Made by a program: the position numbers and the translations under genes. From Podarcis cretensis (taxonomy: Eukaryota): a DNA stretch of 64,000 nt. The notes under the pieces are model-generated. The model saw only the letters and a list, made by a program, of their open reading frames with translations, was not told the origin of the DNA and ran no database searches. Positions within the stretch are counted from its first letter, which is position 1; each line of letters opens with the position of its first letter. This document shows positions 60,125 through 64,000 of the stretch, in pieces. The DNA is taken from the NCBI GenBank assembly GCA_951804945.1, contig OX638153.1:48856001-48920000 (forward strand), read 5' to 3'.

Positions 60125-63100
60125 ACAGGGCCAGTGTCAGCACCTGGCATCCTCTGGTAGTTGTCAGGTCCCGAGCATCCCAGAAGGCAGGGGAAGATCT
60201 ACCATGAAACTAATGAAGCTTAAGCTTCAAGGCCCCTAATCCCAGATTAGTCCACATTGCTTTAAAATGTTGGGTCTAGTAGACCCAATATATATAAACA
60301 ATCCCAAAATTTGTGAGTCAGTAGCACAGCTGTTGTAAAGGTGTGGTGATTTCTTGTGGAACAACCCCACTGAAGAAGATAGCAGTGGTTACCCAGACCA
60401 TGTTGCAAAGGGGCCCCTCATAAGAGTTCAGGGCCCCCAAAATTTAGGTCCACCACTGCCAAGAGGGGTCCAATTATAGTGAAGTATGTTTTGCCTTTCT
60501 ATCCATCAGTTGCTTTCCTGGTAGCAGCAGCTAGGTTTGAGAAGTTGCCCAAGAATATCCATGTAATGTGCTCCTGGCCAGTATGTGTAGGGATCATTTT
60601 CAAAGGGGAGCATTCCAGCACACTCCTAACACAGCCCAGATGCTGGGAAAGTGTTTAGAAAAATAGGGTTGAGACCAACAGCAAAAGCACTCAAAACCAA
60701 TTATCCACTACACTGAATGGTCAGCACTGGTAAAATGCTTGGGGCTTTTGAACAACAGGCCAACAGGTCTATCAACAAGATACCACGCACTCCCCGCCCC
60801 CCGCCAGCTCCATCCAGGAAAACAGTAGTGACTTTGGTGTCAGGAGGATGGTTCCTCCTGATGACATGCACTGCTAAAGCATTTTATTCCACGGGACATT
60901 TGAGGGACCGGGCTAGGCAGCTGTGTCAGTCAGTTGCTGTAAATTGTCCAGTGTTACCCCTTGAATTGCTGAACTTATTTAGAGCAATGGAGATACTTTG
61001 CACTTGTATGTATCTGTGTATATCTGTATCTGCAAAAGCTTGCAAGCTATGTCCCGAACTGCTTTACTGAGTCTTATCTTCTGCAACGGTAAACAATTCG
61101 GACCTTGAACTCCTTCTGTGTGGTGATTGGCACAGGGAGAAACTTTCATTACACGTGTATCTCACTCCATATTCCCAACATAAACTACACAAATTATTAA
61201 GCAGGGCATTGAAAGTATGGAAAGAAGGCAGTCACAATAATAGCTGTACGGTTTGATCAGTGTGAAGTGGGGTGCAGCTCTAGTTGAAAAGCATCCAGCT
61301 CTCCCATCCCATTTAGGAATCTAGGCCAAGGCACTGCTGTCTCTTCTTTGGGAACTGATGTTAACTGAACTCATCTTATGAGGAATAAAATCTTTCTCTG
61401 TCCAGCAGATGTCAGTGAAAGCTCTAGAACAGAAAAATAATAATCTATTTATACATGAAATGCCACTGTAATTTGTGGAAATATGCAACAGGCCCATGGG
61501 CTTCGTAATTCTTGGCATTTAGAAAACAAATACTTCATTAAGTTGAATAAATTGCCTTTCCATGGAGGAAGTGTTCAGTAATTTTCAGATGTTTACATTT
61601 GAATGCTTTAAATATTATTGCCATTAAATCATGTTTCGTTTAATTCTAATTATTATAATAACAAAATGTTGAAATGAAAATGTGAACACAAGACTGTTTT
61701 TATGCAACATAGAAAAAAAAGGCGTGCCATTTGGCATCTCTGTTAAGTGCTAACCATTCAGAAGAGCCCAATCCATCATTAGTCCAAATATGGAAACAAG
61801 TCTTAATGATTTTAACAGGGCTTAGTTCCAAATATGGATATTTAGGACTGTGGTCTTAAGATGTTATTAATCTCCAGTGGTTCTGGAGATTATGGGGCCC
61901 ACTGGGACTGCTAGCGTGCAAGGCATGGAGCCCAAATAGCAATTGGATTCATAGAACCAGCAATTTCTGTTTTATTCCCACCCTTCTCCCTGCTGAGTTT
62001 TACAAGGATAACACTGAGACTATAGAGGAGGAAGCTGACAGGCAGTGTGGAAAGAAAGAAAGCAGGTAGGTGGGGGTCGACTGAGAGCAGCTTGAGGTTG
62101 GTGGGTCAGTGCCCCCTTGCCCAAATGAAGCAGCCACTGCTGCTAATTGTATGAGCTGTAAATCCGTAGACTAACCCTTACATGAGATCATGCGCAAGAG
62201 CAATTGACTGAAGCTTTGCAACAAACATTGGTTTTGAGGAGTGTTAGAGAGATGCATATAGCAGTTATCAAAAGCTACCTAAGTGGGTCTTTTACTCAAA
62301 TTTCCAGGCACATCTTGTTTCACCGAGTGAGTTCCCTTGAGGGCCTGAGCATGCTTCTGCTCACACAATGGAAACAGTAGGAAGAAAAGGAGATGAGATT
62401 TAGAAATACTCAAGAATGCATCTACATTTCTCCCTGATTTGGTGGGGACAAAGGCAGCCAACAGCCATTTCTTTATCCTTCCCCAAAACATCTGGTGTAG
62501 GAGCTCCAACATTAGTTGTGCCCAAATTTGCCCTATGGGCGACAGTTCATGGTTTGTCAGGGAGAGCTAAACCATGAGCCTGGATTCAGGTGACACACTA
62601 ATGCAAACCATGAGTTAGCTCAGTGCAGCAGCAAAACAAAATGAAAGAAGCAAAGCAGCCACAATCTCCTTTTCATGTTCATGCTAAACTATGGTTTGGC
62701 TTGGCCTTACATGTGAATGAAGCTTCTATCTTGCAATTAGAATGCTGTTTTGTAAATGGTGTTTTTATTATTGTTATTGTTATTAAAAACAACAACTTCT
62801 GTTTTCCTTTTAAACGTTTCTGTAGAACAGTGATAGCAGATAGCATTTGAAGAAACCTTCTTGGTGGAACATCAGTGAAATGAACTTGTTCAAGGTGCAT
62901 TTATCTGATTTGAGTGGTTTCTCCCCTGTTTCCTGCAGACACAGCTTGGGTTCTTCAGGGAGGGTCTTTTCAGACTGCCTGAAGATTTTCAGAGAGCATA
63001 GGGCATTAAGGGGGAGAGATTTTTTGTACCAGTGGTCTTCGACTTGCACAACCATTGGATACATCCCATGGAAAATAGCAGAAAGTGCAAATGATCAACT

Positions 63101-64000
63101 TTCATTTACCTAGTTGTTCTTGAAGGTGAGGAAAATATTAGATTATTAGCATATGGTTTCCGCATTTAATAACTTACTATGCTTAGATTTCCACTGGAAA
63201 TATAAGGCAGAAAATGAGGTTTCATTTGGAATATTTCACCCAATTGCCCCCTCCCCCAGGAGAGAAAAAAACATCTCAATATTTTATTTTGAAGTTGGAA
63301 AGTTTTGATCAGCTGAAATACATTCAGAATCTAATTTTTAAGTTACTGCATTTGCTCATGCCAAATGTGATTTCATTTATTTAAGTGCTAAAGAGTTCAA
63401 GAGAGAAGAGATGCAATCTAGATGAAGTTTCTTTTAGAAACAGAAGTTATGGATTTCTTGAAAGTTTTGACTTATTTTATTTTTAAAGGGTTCTGATTTC
63501 TTTTTGGTTCAATTTCTAGATTGGGAGAAATCTTCCATATGTAGATAAATGTGTGATTTCTTCCTAATAAGCACATCCACACCCTATTGTAAATCTTTTT
63601 TGTGGTCGTCTATCAGTTAATCCATTTAATTTTTCAAGTAAAGCAAATTTTATTGAAAAGATGGTTCCATTATTAAATATTTTAGGTACCTGTGATTGTA
63701 TAGAAAGTTTCTTATTAACATAATTTCTTAAGGGGGAAATGTGATTGCCTCTAACTATCATGAATATCTGAATTTTTCATTTGCATTGTCCCACTCTTCT
63801 TTTTGATCTCTGTAATGAATAGCTCTACTGTGAAGTATCCAAGATCAGATATTTCTCTTTCTATTTTCTGTTGGAGGGACAAAACCTGAAATTGCAAGGA
63901 GCATCCAAGATAATTGTGCCTTTTGGGGACACTCTCATGTGTTTGTGCTATTTCATGTTTCAGCAATTCCCTCCCTCGTCACCAATATCGGCAGTTTCTA

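Noticed and set aside
59742-60239. Poly-Glu, poly-Ser and poly-Arg ORFs
   Set aside because: Translations of the (GAA)n LINE tail.

Overview
Vertebrate genomic DNA, almost certainly a squamate (Sauria SINEs, BovB, squamate-type L1/L2/CR1 tails; probably a lacertid lizard, not certain). Two single-coding-exon class A GPCR genes lie in tandem on the + strand. The first (32457-33560) closely resembles mammalian PRLHR/GPR10 and has a canonical REST/RE1 site about 2.8 kb upstream. The second (48052-49083) is a divergent PRLHR2-like paralogue with NPxxY changed to NAxxY. The rest is intergenic and rich in transposable elements, with one assembly gap (17708-17846). The most unusual items are: (1) two full-length, TSD-flanked, ~1.8-2.0 kb non-autonomous L1-type retroposons with a structured CpG-rich leader, conserved splice signals, a TALE-homeodomain palindrome and an intact but divergent 190-214 aa ORF; (2) an inverted U5 snRNA fragment captured inside the TSD of one of these copies; (3) two LTR copies, one demonstrably solo, whose sequence is largely an open reading frame preserved through in-frame indels. 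All calls were made by eye with no database search, and many repeat boundaries are approximate.
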